NCBI GenBank assembly: GCA_951406725.2
Contig: OX597829.1
Coordinates: 40,734,001-40,798,000, forward strand
DNA from: Octopus vulgaris
Taxonomy: Eukaryota
Direction: 5' to 3'
Length of the DNA stretch: 64,000 bases
Shown: one piece after another, positions 41,410 through 54,782 of the stretch
How positions within the stretch are numbered: position 1 is the stretch's first letter
How the letters are laid out: each line of letters begins with the position of its first letter
Made by a program: the position numbers and the translations under genes
The notes under the pieces: generated by a model
The model's database searches: none
What the model saw: the letters and a program-made list of their open reading frames with translations, nothing else
What the model was told of the DNA's origin: nothing

Positions 41410-43174
41410 GTATATATATGCTATATGCACTGGTACTAGAGCTGATTTGTTTGACTAAACTCATCAAGGTTGTGCCCCAGCATGGCCATAGTGCGATGAC
41501 AGTAACAAGTAAAAGCAGAAGATAAATTGGTTTATGCAAACAATGATTAGTTCCTCGTAGTTTGTGTGTGTGTGTGTGTGTATGTGGTTAACTCCTATAC
41601 AGTATAAGCAATTTTGTGACTGTCCCATTTTCTCATGCTCTCATGGGTTAGGTATATCTGCTGTGCCAACATATTATTGTCATTACTCTGAATATTATGT
41701 CGTTTTGTTTGACCTAGCATTCTAAAATTTGACCTCTCCATCTGCCTATGTCTACCTTGGCCTTCACCTATTTTTCAACCAGCCATCATTGTCCGTTTGC
41801 ATAATATGTGTTGTACTGCTGCAACAAGCCAACCTGCTAGAAATAGTTGTCGCATTTTCTTTAAATCACAGGACTTACCATCTTTTAAAAAAAAAATGGA
41901 CATGTTGGATAAGGTTGATGTTTTGGATGGTTTGGAACTGGTAAACTGGAGAGCTGTGCTAGGCTCCAGTCTGATTTTGGCTTAGTTTTTATGGTTGGAC
42001 ATGTTGGATAATGTTAATAAACTAGAAACTTCTAAACCCCACCCCCCCAAAAAAATAGTCTGGAAGACCATGGTTGAAACAATTTTCATCATAGATCTGC
42101 TCAATTATTTCATATAGTATAACAGTAAGGAAATATTGTCTTATTTGAAAACAGGTAAGGGTTGATGACAGGGAATGCGTCCAGTCTTCACCGCAATAGG
42201 AAATTTGCCTCAGCAAATTCTGTCTGACCCATACAAGTGTGGAAAAGTGGATGTTAAAATATGACGATGTTATATTAGGTTGATATTTGTTAGTTCAGGA
42301 TGCCACATGAAAAGGCCTGTGTGGCACCACATAAAAGTATCTGTACAGTGCCATGTAAAAGGCACCCACTACACACTGTAAAGTGGTTGGCATTTGGAAG
42401 GGCTTCCATCCATACAAGCCACGCCAAATCAGACTGGAGCCTGGTGCATCCTCTCAGCTTACCGGCCCTGGTCAAATCATCCAACCTATGCCAGCATGGG
42501 CAACAGATGTTAAATGATGATGATGACGATGACAAAGTTAGTTGGTCCATCCTGTGTGTTGTATATATCCCCACCAGCTGTTGACAGGCTTCAAAGCCCT
42601 CTGGAAATATTCAGTGCCATCTGATCCGTCTGAGTTCTCTTAACCTTCTCAGTACAGTTTTTGCATGCTGAGGATCTTGGCTCTGAAGGACATGGCTAGC
42701 CACTAACATTCACCATTTTGTTACCTTGTCTTAGAATCTTCATCATGACAATATTGTTGACACTTCTTCATTACTGGTATAATTATGGTAGGAAATTCTG
42801 ATATTTTTCCTCCATCAGCTTTGTTGAAAGACACCAAATTTTGGTAGCGGTTGTATGTGATAATTGTATGTGCATGCACACAAATGTGTTGAAGATGAAA
42901 TCAAGATTCTTGCTTTTTACTGCTGGCAGTTTCAGAACTTTTCATCTCCTTTTCTTCAGACTAAACAACATGTGGTAAGTATTGGATAGTAGAGTTTACA
43001 ACAGGAATGATCAGAACAAGCCACTAACATCCAATGCCAAAATGAATGTGTTGAAGGATTTATAAAGAAATCATTCAAATAGCCCAGGACTCAATCACAG
43101 GCTGCTGCACTTGAAGAAAGACAGCTAAAATGCTTTGTAACTTTTAATAGTTCACAGCCTGATCTTTTAGTTTG

Positions 43175-43218
<44 letters not shown>

Positions 43219-43233
43219 ATGAGCACATATTTT

Positions 43234-43627
43234 CTCTTTTTTCTCTTTTACTTGTCTCAGTCATTTGACTGCGGCCATGCTGGAGCACCGCCTTTTTAAT
43301 TGAGCGACTCGACCCCGGGACTTATTCTTTTTCTAAACCCAGTACTTATTCTATCGGTCTCTTTTGCCGAACCGCTAAGTAACGGGGACATAAACACACC
43401 AGCAATGCTAGGGGGACAAACACAGACACACAAACACACACACGCATATATATATACATATATACGATGGGCTTCTTTCAGTTTCCGTCTACCAAATCCA
43501 CTCACAAGGCTTTGGTCGGCCCAAGGCTATAGTAGAAAACACTTGCCCAAGGTGCCACGCAGTGGGACTGAACCCGGAACCATGTGGTTGGTAAACAAGC
43601 TACTTACCACACAGCCACTCCTATGCC
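43234..43627 (-). mobile_element. SINE family A
   Basis: Family A match. Confidence 0.85.
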
Positions 43628-43984
43628 TAATACATATGTGTATTAAATTTTTTTTTTTTTTAAGTGTGTATACATACATATACGTATATCATCATCATCC
43701 TCATCATTTAGTGTCTGTTTTCCATGCTGGTATGGGTTAGATGGTTTGGAACTGGTAAGCTGGTGAGCTGTGCTAAGCTCCAGTCTGATTTTTGGCTTAG
43801 TTTTTACAGTTGGTTGCCTTTCCTAATGCAACGTTGATTTGATGGAGAGAGTGAGGAACTAATGTCCAACACATAAACTGATCATTAAGGAAATCATTTG
43901 TGACCTGGTCGTTCAGCAAGAGATGAACACTCATATGTTGTCTTTAACGAGAGATTCCGTCATATATATATATATGTATATATA

Positions 43985-44733
43985 CATAATAGACCTCAGT
44001 ATGGGTACCATTAGTTGCACAAAGTACATCAAGATGGTACTCGATTTCTTGCCATGTTCGCTGTAGGATAGCCTCATCAACGGTGGCAATAGCATTACGA
44101 ATCCTTTGCTTCAAGTCAGCAATGCCCCGTATCTTTGTTTGATACACGATATCTTTTACATAACCCCACAAAAAGAAGTCCAAGGGAATGATATCTGGCG
44201 AACGCGGTGGCCGTGGAATTGACCCATCCCTTCCAATCCATCGGTCTGGAAATGTTTGATTGAGGAACTGACGAACATGCCGTCCCCAATGTGGTGGTGC
44301 CACATATTCGGTCAGAAGGTCGAGGTAAACATCTGCAGTAATTGTTGCCTCGTTGAAGAAAAATGGACCAATTATTCGATTGCACATGATTCCACACCAC
44401 ACATTCACTTTTGGACTATCCCGTTGAAGCTCCTTAGTCACATGGGGGTGTTCTGATCCCCAGATTCTCACATTGTGTCTGTTTAATTTCTCTGAAACAT
44501 GAAAGTCGCCTTGTTACTAAAACAAACCCGCTTGAGGAATGCTTCATCCTCATTTTATAGGGGTTCAGTGATTCAGTTCCCTTCCATCAACAGAGTATGT
44601 GAAACACAAAAATTTAATATCAATTAAAACTTTAATAAATAATTATTAAAATAAAACAAATCTGGTTAAAATATCTCATCAACTGCCTTTATAATAATTT
44701 TTTTTAATTGTAAAGAGACTTTATGGACACCCT
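43985..44733 (-). mobile_element. Degenerate, internally deleted Tc1/mariner-superfamily transposon (transposase pseudogene, probably DD41D/rosa-like)
   Basis: Minus strand encodes FLKRVCFSNKATF/(fs)HVSEKLNRHNVRIWGSEHPH...KVNVWCGIMCNRIIGPFFF...PHWGRHVRQFLNQTFPDRWIGRDGSIPRPPRSPDIIPLDFFLWGYVKDIVY. One mariner-type end (GGGTGTCCATAAAGTC on -) abuts a TA tract at ~44733. Catalytic motifs are mutated or deleted. Confidence 0.9.
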
Positions 44734-44797
<64 letters not shown>

Positions 44798-45064
44798 AAT
44801 GAAAATATGTATGTATAAAAGAGAGAGTGTGCTGTATTTGCATATATGAATACACTCTCTCGTATGATATATATATATATATATATGATATGATATATAT
44901 ATATATATACATATATACACACATATATGGAGTAAGGGGTGACTGACTGTACGTGTGTACGTATGTACATATACATTATATATAACTTTTACCTTGACCT
45001 GTGTTCAAATTGTTCACATAGGTTCGATGTGTATATGTGTGTTGTGTGTATGTATGCCTGAATG

Positions 45065-45097
<33 letters not shown>

Positions 45098-45619
45098 ACA
45101 CATATTTATCTGCATGAATCAAGAAGCAAGTAAAATAATATTTAAGTCCACACGAAGGTAATCCTGGCTCGGGGTAAATATTTTCTTACCCGACTCGCAT
45201 AAAAAATAAAAAAAAGATAAACAAAGACTTTTCTTACTTCTCTTTTATGTATTTATTTACCAAAGTTGTCCGCTGCGTCAGATGCATTCCATGTCATAAT
45301 CTTTGACAGAAATTCTTCTTCATACATAATACTAAGCCAGGCTTTAAGCTTTCATCCTCATATGTCATATTTTCATAGGCTGGTTGGCTGACTGGCTGGT
45401 TGGTCTGGCACTTTGGTCTGATTGACTTTTTAGTCTCGTTTATTTTATTTTATTTATTATTGTTTTTTTTTTGTTTTTTTGGTCTTTACTTTATCTTTTT
45501 AGTAGTGTACAAACTCTACTCTTACTTTGCCTGTGTTTATTTTCCTGTGGCTTAACTGAAATGCTAAAGCAAATTTTGAAAAGAATGGTCTATTATTATC
45601 ATTATTATTATTATTATTA

Positions 45620-46460
<841 letters not shown>

Positions 46461-46517
46461 TTATTGGTAGAATCCTTAAAGCGCTAGAAAAAAAATGCTA
46501 CTTGGTATTTCTTCTGG

Positions 46518-46928
46518 TGGCAAGCTGGCAGAATCGTTAGCACATCGGGCAAAATGCTTAGCGGTATTTGGTCTGCTGTTATGTTGTGAGTTCAAATTCC
46601 GTCGAGATCGACTTTGCCTTTCATCCTTCGGGGTCGATAAATTAAGTACCAGTTACGCACTGGGGTCGATGTAATCGACTTAATACCTATGTCTGTCCTT
46701 GTTTGTCCCCTCTATGTTTAGCCCCTTGTGGTTAATAAAGAAATAGGTATTTCATCTGCTGTTACGTTCTGAGTTCAAATTTCGCCAAGGTTGACCTTGC
46801 CTTTCATCCTTTCGGGGTCAATTAAATAAGTACCAGTTACGCACTGGGTCGATGTAATCGACTTAATCCGTTCGTCTGTCCTTGTTTGTCCCCTCTGTGT
46901 GTAGCCCCTTGTGGGCAGTAAAGAAATA
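46518..46928 (+). mobile_element. SINE family B tandem dimer
   Basis: Two units joined at aagaaata|ggtatttc; flanked by ggtatttcttctgg at ~46504-46517 and ~46929-46942. Confidence 0.8.
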
Positions 46929-47488
46929 GGTATTTCTTCTGGCTCTTTGATGTTCCAAGTTTAAATCCCTTCAGATTTCATCCTTCCAGTGCCAATAAAA
47001 TAAAGTATTTGCTTATTCCTTCACCACCTAAGAAATTGTTGGTTTTTACCCTAAAAATTAGAAACAATATTTAACCCTTTAACATTTAAGGGGGTTGTAT
47101 CTAGCCCGAATATTCTACCTGATTTCTATTCAAACTGGCCAGATCCAGCCTCACATACCTACTCTACAGTGTCGCCGTAAAGATAAATAATCGCATCATT
47201 GAAATCTCAAAGTCATGAGATAATGCATGATTAATTCAAAATAATGTGAATAAACATAGTTACATTTGACTAAGTAGGGTCACAAGCTGGCAGAATCATA
47301 TGAGCACCAGAGAAAAGGCTTAGCTGTACTTGAGTGTTAAATAAGAGAATGCTATTTATTTGGTGACATACTGGCTAAATGCTTAGCAGCATTTTGTCCA
47401 TCTTTACATTCTGAGTTCAAATTCCACTGCAGTTAAATTTACATTTCGTCCTTTGAGGGTCAATAAATTAAGTATCAGTCAAGTACTG

Positions 47489-47795
47489 TTGTTTGTTGTT
47501 TGTTCCTTCTCAAGCCATACCTGGCTCATAAGGGCCGGTTTCCCAGTTTCCCTGGCGTAGAGGTTCCCCACCTGGACGGGACGCCAGTCCGTCGCAGGTG
47601 AGCTGCTAGATGCAGGAGGAAAGAGTGAGAGAAAGTTGTGGCGAAAGAGTCAGCAGAAGTTCCCTCATTACCTTCTGCTGGAGCCGCGTGGAGCTTAGGT
47701 GTTTCGTTCATAAACACACACATCACCCGGTCTGAGATTCGAACCCGCGATCCCTCGACTGCGAGTCCGCTGCTCTAACCACTAGGCCATGTGCC
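47489..47795 (-). mobile_element. tRNA-headed SINE (family E), 10-bp TSD, nested in a family B-like SINE
   Basis: Minus strand ggcacatggcctagtggttagagcagcggactcgcagtcgagggatcgcgggttcgaatc has clear A and B boxes; (AACA)n-like tail; TCAAGTACTG at 47479-47488 and 47796-47805. Confidence 0.85.
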
Positions 47796-48258
47796 TCAAG
47801 TACTGGGGTTGATATACTTGACTACCCCCATTTCCCTGAAATATCCGGCCTTGTACCTTTAGCAGAAAGGATTATTATTATCATTATTATTTCTCTTGCC
47901 ATTTTACTGGATATTCAGTTTTGCATTTTGTGAGAGAACTTACAATACATAACTCTCAGGAAATTATTTCAGCCTTCCTTGTGTATCTATCTGTTTACTT
48001 GTCTCTATCAATTACCAAGCACCCACTATACTCTTGGAGTGGTTGGCATTAGGAAGGGCATCCAGCTGTAGAAACTCTGCCAGATCAGATTGGAGCCTGG
48101 TACAGCCATCTGGTTCACCAGTCCTCAGTCAAACCATCCAACCCATGCTAGCATGGAAAGCAGACGTTAAACGATGATGATGATATGTCTGTCTGTATCT
48201 GTCTACATCTTTCCTCATATCCCTCTTTCTTTCTCTCTCCCATTCTTCTCTCTCTCAG

Positions 48259-48353
<95 letters not shown>

Positions 48354-49453
48354 CAATCAATAAACATATTAAGAAGAGACCAAATCCTAATTAGAAATAT
48401 CGACAATAATTTCTGACCCAGTGATTATTATTATTATTAGTAATAATTTCTTTGAATTTTATTTTTATCTTCCCCCCCACCCCAACCTTTACATCTGAGA
48501 ATTTGGTTCTGTTGTCAACATTTGTGTCACATGGTTTAATTGCCCTGTTCACAAGTCATATGACTTTAAGTGTAATTAGTTCAACTCTCCTGACTTGTAC
48601 CCAATATCATTTAACACCTTGTCAGTTACTACCTGCGTCATCATAATCATCGTTCATTGATCATCATCATCATCATCATAGGTATTGGATTAACAGAAAA
48701 ACCGTTAGAGCATAGGAGAAAATATTTTACAGTTCTTTTACATTCTGAGTTTCAAATCCTGCCAAGCTCAGCATTTACCTTTCATCCTTTAGGTAGTCAA
48801 TATAAATAAAGTACTAGTCAAGTACCAAAAGCTGATATTACTGGTTAATTCCTGCCCCTCAAAATTTCTGGCCTTGTGCCTAAATTAGAAACAAATATTA
48901 CTTATAATTATCACATTGTCATCATCATCATTATCATCAGCATAACTATTATCACCAGCACCGCTCATCATCATCATCATCAGTATTATCATCACTATTT
49001 ATACCATTGTTATTGTCAACTAATCAATAAATATACCTACCGACACATTGTAACTAATACAATTTTACAATGGGTGTGTCCGACTTTTTTCTCTTTTTTT
49101 TTTTTTTTTTCTGTTCTTTTTACACCTTTGCAGCATTTCCAAAGTATGTCAACCCCATTCTGTTTTGACTGGTAATTTGAGTTTACCTACATCTGCCATA
49201 ATAAAAAGCAACTAACATAAGTGGAAATTTAATTCCTTTGTTAGTTGTTTGTATTTCTGTTCAAATTCATGACTTATTTCAATTTGAAATTTAGTTGTTA
49301 TTAAGCTGATATTTGGTAAATAAATCAGTATGGAATTTTTCTTGGAAGGTTTTTCTATTAAGATCACTTCACGATGCTCAGAAATTCTTTATCATTGAAA
49401 TATATGAATGGACTTGGATGAGCTGGTATCATAAAGATTAAATTTGGTTTTAA

Positions 49454-49674
49454 CCCTTTCATTACCAACCCGGCCGAAATCGCCTCTGGCTCTGTAGTAC
49501 AAATGTCTTGTTTTCTTAAGTTTTGAATTAAAGTCTTCCACCAAACCTTAGTCACAGTTTATGTTCCTAACACTAGCTTAATGATAACTAAGTTATTTTA
49601 CTAAATTCTTTGTTATATTTAAAATAGCTGAAAGAAACACAGAGCATCTCAAAATAAATACAGTAACGAAAGAG
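49454..49674. mobile_element. piggyBac-type MITE, second copy
   Basis: TTAA|CCCTTTCATTAC ... GTAACGAAAGAG|CTAA; internal sequence matches 18665-18892. Confidence 0.75.
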
Positions 49675-49759
49675 CTAATAAACATTACTGTTTTTTTTTT
49701 TTCTTTTAAGTTCAATTAATAAAAATAGTACAAAGTCATTTCATTTGTTGATGAATTGT

Positions 49760-50085
49760 GAAGGCACGTGGCTTAGTGGTTAAGGTATTCAGCTCACAAT
49801 TGTGAGGTTGTAAGTTCAATCCCCAGTGACACATTGTGTCCTTGAGCTAGACACTTTATTTTACGTTGCTCCAGTCCACTCAACTGGCAAAAATGAGTTG
49901 TACATGTAAATAAAAAGGGCCAGTCTTGTCACATTGTGTGCCACACCGAATCTCCCTGAGAACTACCTTTAAGGGTATGCATGTCTGTGGAGTGCTCAGC
50001 CACTTGCACATAACTCTGACATGCAGACTGTTCCATTGATTGGATTACTGGAACCACTGTCATCATAACTGACAGAGTACCAGTT
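49760..50085 (+). mobile_element. tRNA-headed SINE with CORE-like domain (different tail from 51968-52311)
   Basis: gaaggcacgtggcttagtggttaagg...gttcaatcccc...gtccttgagctagacactttattttacgttgctccagtccactc. Confidence 0.65.
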
Positions 50086-50169
50086 GATGAATTAATGATG
50101 AACAGATGCCAAAAACAAACCAAACACAGCATTCTACTAATGCAGTAGTTAAGATCCATATAGTATAAA

Positions 50170-50657
50170 TCTGTGGTCCTCAACCATTTTTTTTCCCCTA
50201 TAGTTTCTAATCTATTCTACCGGCCCATCATAGCCATTCAATATTTATTTTTAAAAAATTCCTACTGTATTTTTATAATTAAATATTCTTTTCTACTCTA
50301 GGCACAAGGCCCAAAATTTTTGGGAGGGAGCCAGTTGATTAGATAGACCCCAGTACACAACCGGTACTTAATTTGTCAATGCCCAAAGGATGAAAGGCAA
50401 AGTCAACCTCGGCAGAATTTGAACTCAGAATGTAAAGACAGACAAAATAACGCTAAGAATTTTGCCCAGCATGCTAACGTTTCTGCCAGCTCGCCACCTT
50501 TTTATAATTAAATATTAGGAATTATATTTTTAAAAATTGTTAAAATATTTTGTGTTGTAGAAGCGTAAGCAATTTACTGCACATAAATTTCAACAAAACC
50601 ATCTTATATGGACCCCTCCCCACCAAGAGGCTTATGGACCCTAGTTAAGAACCAATG
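50170..50657. mobile_element. hAT/Charlie-like MITE interrupted by a family B SINE (50288-50498, -) with 18-bp TSD
   Basis: ctgtggtcctcaacc ... gttaagaaccaatg ends. TTTTTATAATTAAATATT is duplicated at 50270-50287 and 50499-50516 around the SINE. Confidence 0.65.
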
Positions 50658-50882
50658 ATAATAGATTATTGAATATGAAGTGGGGGGGGGGAAAGTGGGG
50701 TTGAGGAATATTGTTTTTACACAATTCCTGTCTTCTGTGAGCTTTGACTTCAAATTCTTTTCTCCTCTTACACATATTGGAAAATCGATGGTTGTGTGGT
50801 TGTGAAGTTTGCTTTGGAACCATGTAGCTTTTGGGTTCAGCATGCCATCTCCTGACTTGTTTCTTTTTACTTTCTATTTCAG

Positions 50883-51085
50883 GCACTATAACAAATCCCT
50901 GGATGGTGCAATGTCACCTCCTGTTGTTACTACGACTTCCAAAACACAATTCATGTCTTCCATGAGCTGTGATACCTTCTCAGACAGCTCGAAAAAGAGA
51001 AGGGTCCATAGATGTGATTTTGAAGGATGCCACAAAGTTTATACCAAAAGCTCGCATTTAAAAGCTCATCGAAGAACGCACACAG
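50883..51085 (+). CDS. Kruppel-like factor (KLF/Sp family) penultimate coding exon: S/T-rich linker, basic NLS-like KKRR and zinc finger 1
   Basis: Polypyrimidine tract plus AG (ttctttttactttctatttcag, AG at 50881-50882). Translates [70 protein letters not shown] donor at 51086 (G|GTTGGT), phase 1. [12 protein letters not shown] is the canonical KLF finger 1. Confidence 0.95.
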
Positions 51086-51732
51086 GTTGGTATCCTTCTT
51101 ATCTTTCTCCATTTCTCTCTCCTCCCTCACTGTCCTCTCCTCACTGTCTCCTCCCCTGCAGGACACCTATTTCTATCCCTCTATCATACTCTAACCTCAC
51201 ATCGCCTGGCACAAATCCACTCCACTCAATACTGTTACTCCATCTGAGGGTCCTGGTGACCTCACCAGTGCTGGTGCCACATAAAAAGTACCCAGTGCTC
51301 TTTGTAAAGTACTTGACATTATTAAAGGCATCCAGCGACAGAAATCATGCCAAAGGAGCCTGACACAGTCTTCTGATTTGCCAGCACCTGTCAAACCATT
51401 CCACTCATGCCTGCATGGAAAACTGACATTAAATGATGATGATGATGTTTAAGTGTGTTGTGTGTCTTTTTGTTACTATCTCTTCTCTTCTACTTTATCT
51501 CTTGCGCATTCTTTCTTTTCACTTAAATCCTTTTAAGTAAAATTGTATGAGTATTAGTACACATAATATGTAAAGTATGCAAATCCTGTTCATTCTCTTA
51601 CTAATGCCAATCATTAGAGCGCAACCAAAACTGGAACACAATGGTTTTTAGTTGTTTTATTTGTTTGTTTTATTGTTGTTTAGTCATATTGATCATAGAA
51701 TTCGTCTAGTATATCATGTGAAAAGAAATTGT

Positions 51733-51816
<84 letters not shown>

Positions 51817-51967
51817 TATTTTTAAGGTATATTCCATCTGGAATATAAGTATATAAATATATGTATATATATATATATATGTGTGTGTGTGTTACTAAAT
51901 GAATAGATATTCAAAAATATTTATATAGATATTATTATTAATTATAATCATTAGAAAAATGAATAAT

Positions 51968-52311
51968 AGGGGTGACCCCCCTTGGGTCATGACTGACCAT
52001 GGGATTGCACCTAGAAAGTTCCTCTCCAAGACACAAGCCCAGGAAAAATTGTTTATGGAAGACCAGTAGTTGCCCATGCATACCAGCCTTCCCTCTCCAC
52101 ACCACCTGTGTTATCCAAGGGAAAGGCAAAGGGGTCGATACAGCTTGGCACCAGTGACGTCGCAACTCATTTCTACAGCTGAGTGGACTGGAGCAACATG
52201 AAATAAAGTGTCTAGCTCAGGAACACAACATGCAGCCCGGTCAGGGAATTGAACTCATGACCTCATGATCGTAAGCTCGATGCTCTAACAACTGAGCCAT
52301 GTGCCTTCGAA
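51968..52311 (-). mobile_element. tRNA(Arg-like)-headed SINE with CORE-like domain
   Basis: Minus strand gaaggcacatggctcagttgttagagcatcgagcttacgatcatgaggtcatgagttcaattccc, then tgagctagacactttatttcatgttgctccagtccactcagctg. Confidence 0.7.
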
Positions 52312-52719
52312 ATCAATAACAACAACAATAATCTAAGTGGCCAGTAAGCAAAAGCTGATAAATGGCAAATCCAAATTAATTTATAATTATAATAGGGCAC
52401 ATCAGATGCCAGCATTGCTGTGAAAATCAGAGTTGAAACATCCTCTAAAAAAAGCCACCAATCACTGGAAATATAACAAGCACAACTGAAATCAGGCTAC
52501 AAGCAAAGAAATTAACTTACCAACTCGGCAGAAAGCCACAGAATGAGGAAACAGATATTCCTGGATCAATTGATTTCAAGTTTTGAGAGCATACCTCTAC
52601 TTAATTCTAATCAGCAGGTCTCACTATACAGCTAGGGTTAAAGACTTAGCTCATTTCGCAGCGCTTGGTTGAAAAGCTAGCACCAAATGTGAAAACGGTG
52701 TCAGTGTGTGTGTGTGTGT

Positions 52720-52865
52720 AGGTGCAGGAGTGGCTGTGGCAAGAAGCTTGCCACATGGTTCTGGGTTCAGTCCCACCGCATGACACCTTGGGCAAGGGTC
52801 TTCTACTATAACCTTAGGCCGACTAAAGCCTGTTGTATACATATATGTATATGTATGTATGTATA

Positions 52866-52908
<43 letters not shown>

Positions 52909-53318
52909 ATATATATGTATTATATGTATGTGTGTATATATGTATTATATGTATGTGTGTATATATATGTATTATGTATAAGTATGTATATATGTATATA
53001 AATGTATGTATGTATGTATATATATGTATGTGTATGTATATATATATGTATGTATGTATATATATGTACGTATGTGTGTGTTTGCATATATATATATATG
53101 TATGCATGTGTGTATATCTGTGTGTCAGTATTTGTCCCTCCACCATTGCTTGACAACTGATGTTGCTGTGTTTACATCCCTGTAACTTAGCATTTCGGCA
53201 AAAGGAGACCAATAGAATAAGTACTAGGCTTACAAAGAATAAGTCCTGGGGTCGATTTGTTCAACTAAAGTCAGCGCTCCAGCATGGCTGCAGTCAAATG
53301 ACTGAAACAAGTAGAAGA
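52720..53318 (+). mobile_element. SINE family A with expanded internal microsatellite (KLF last intron)
   Basis: Family A head and tail separated by ~290 bp of TATG/TA repeats. Confidence 0.8.
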
Positions 53319-54113
53319 ATATATATATAAATTTAATTTTAAAATGAGGGTGAGAAATTAGATATTAATTTAATTAACATCGATTTCACACCAGTGGTCT
53401 AGCATATAAATAAAACTGAAGGTTCAGTAAAATTGTATTAAATACATATTAGCGGGAAACCACTATGTGGACACCCTTATGCTAGAAATAGATCCGCTAT
53501 GGTCTTACTACTAAGAAATGTTCTCAAGAATAATTTAGCAAAATAAAGTTGTATCAAAAAATTTTATTTCCATGAACTCTTGCCTTACTCATTCAGCATA
53601 GAAAAGCCGACATTAAAACAGTTATCTGTACATAAGTGGAACAGTCTTCCACACAGTTTTTGAGCTGGAAAATTAGAAGTCAGCAGTCATATTCAGGTAG
53701 TGTCGTCATTGCCTTTGTATCTGTAGAGATGACATTTGACTCAGATTGCCAAGGCCATCTAGCTGTAAATGATATCACTCTCTTTGTAGGAGAACAAGTC
53801 ATAGTGGTAATCAGCTACTGTGAAAAGAGAAAATGACAAGTTGGCCCGGTAGCTCATTGCACTGAATTTCGCTAATTGTTTCTGGTCTAATTACAACAGT
53901 AGCTTGCAAACTTGTTTTTCTAGCAATGCACTTTACAACTACTACTAAATATTTCCACATTATTTTGTTCGTAGTTTCTGAGGTTGGCTTAATTGATTCC
54001 ACTTCTGCGTGTAGCTCACATATGGTTTCCACAGATGCTGCAGTGTACAGCAGTGGACACACCCTGATTTTTTTGGTTTTTGACTGCTGGGTACCACTTT
54101 GAAGGGTTTAGTC

Positions 54114-54596
54114 CAATGGTTCTTAACTGGAGTTCGTCTAATATTTTTTTGGTGGGGTCCACACTGCAAAATAGTAAATTGGGGATCCACAATAGTATTT
54201 TAAGGACCCCTGAAAAGAACCTTACTTTAGATGTATGTATCGGTATGTATAAAGGCAGCGAGCTGGCAGAAACGTTAGCACGCCAGGCAAAATGCTTTGC
54301 TGTACTTTGTCTGCCATTACGTTGTGAGTTCAAATTCCACCGAGGTCGACTTTGCTTTTCATCCTTTCAGGGTCGATTAAATAAGTACCAGTTATGCACT
54401 GGGGTCGATATAATTGACTTAATCTGTGTGTCTGTCCTTGTTCATCCCCTCTGTGTTTAGCCCCTTGTGGGTAGTAAAGAAATATGTATTGGTATGTATT
54501 GCAAGAAACACTTAGGTTTCTTTTTCTAGTGAGGGTTCACTAGAATAAAATAGTAATGAAAGGGGTTCCTAGACAAAAAATGGTTCAGAACCCCTG
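54114..54596. mobile_element. hAT/Charlie-like MITE containing a family B SINE (54253-54484, +)
   Basis: caatggttcttaact ... ggttcagaacccctg ends; related to ~27131-27335. The SINE is flanked by atgtat(c/t)ggtatgtat repeats. Confidence 0.55.
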
Positions 54597-54706
54597 CTTT
54601 AGATGTATGTATTGGTATGTATTGCATGAAAGAGCGGTTTCTTTCTCTTACATTTTGCATAATTCAACCTGCACAAGTTAATGTGTGATATATATATATA
54701 AAACAT

Positions 54707-54782
<76 letters not shown>

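Noticed and set aside
47725-47797. tRNA gene
   Set aside because: A and B boxes are present, but there is no acceptor stem closure and it continues into a SINE body with tail and TSD.
50809-50882. N-terminal part of the 184-aa ORF ([10 protein letters not shown]...)
   Set aside because: It starts at TTG and runs through the polypyrimidine tract; it is intronic sequence upstream of the acceptor.
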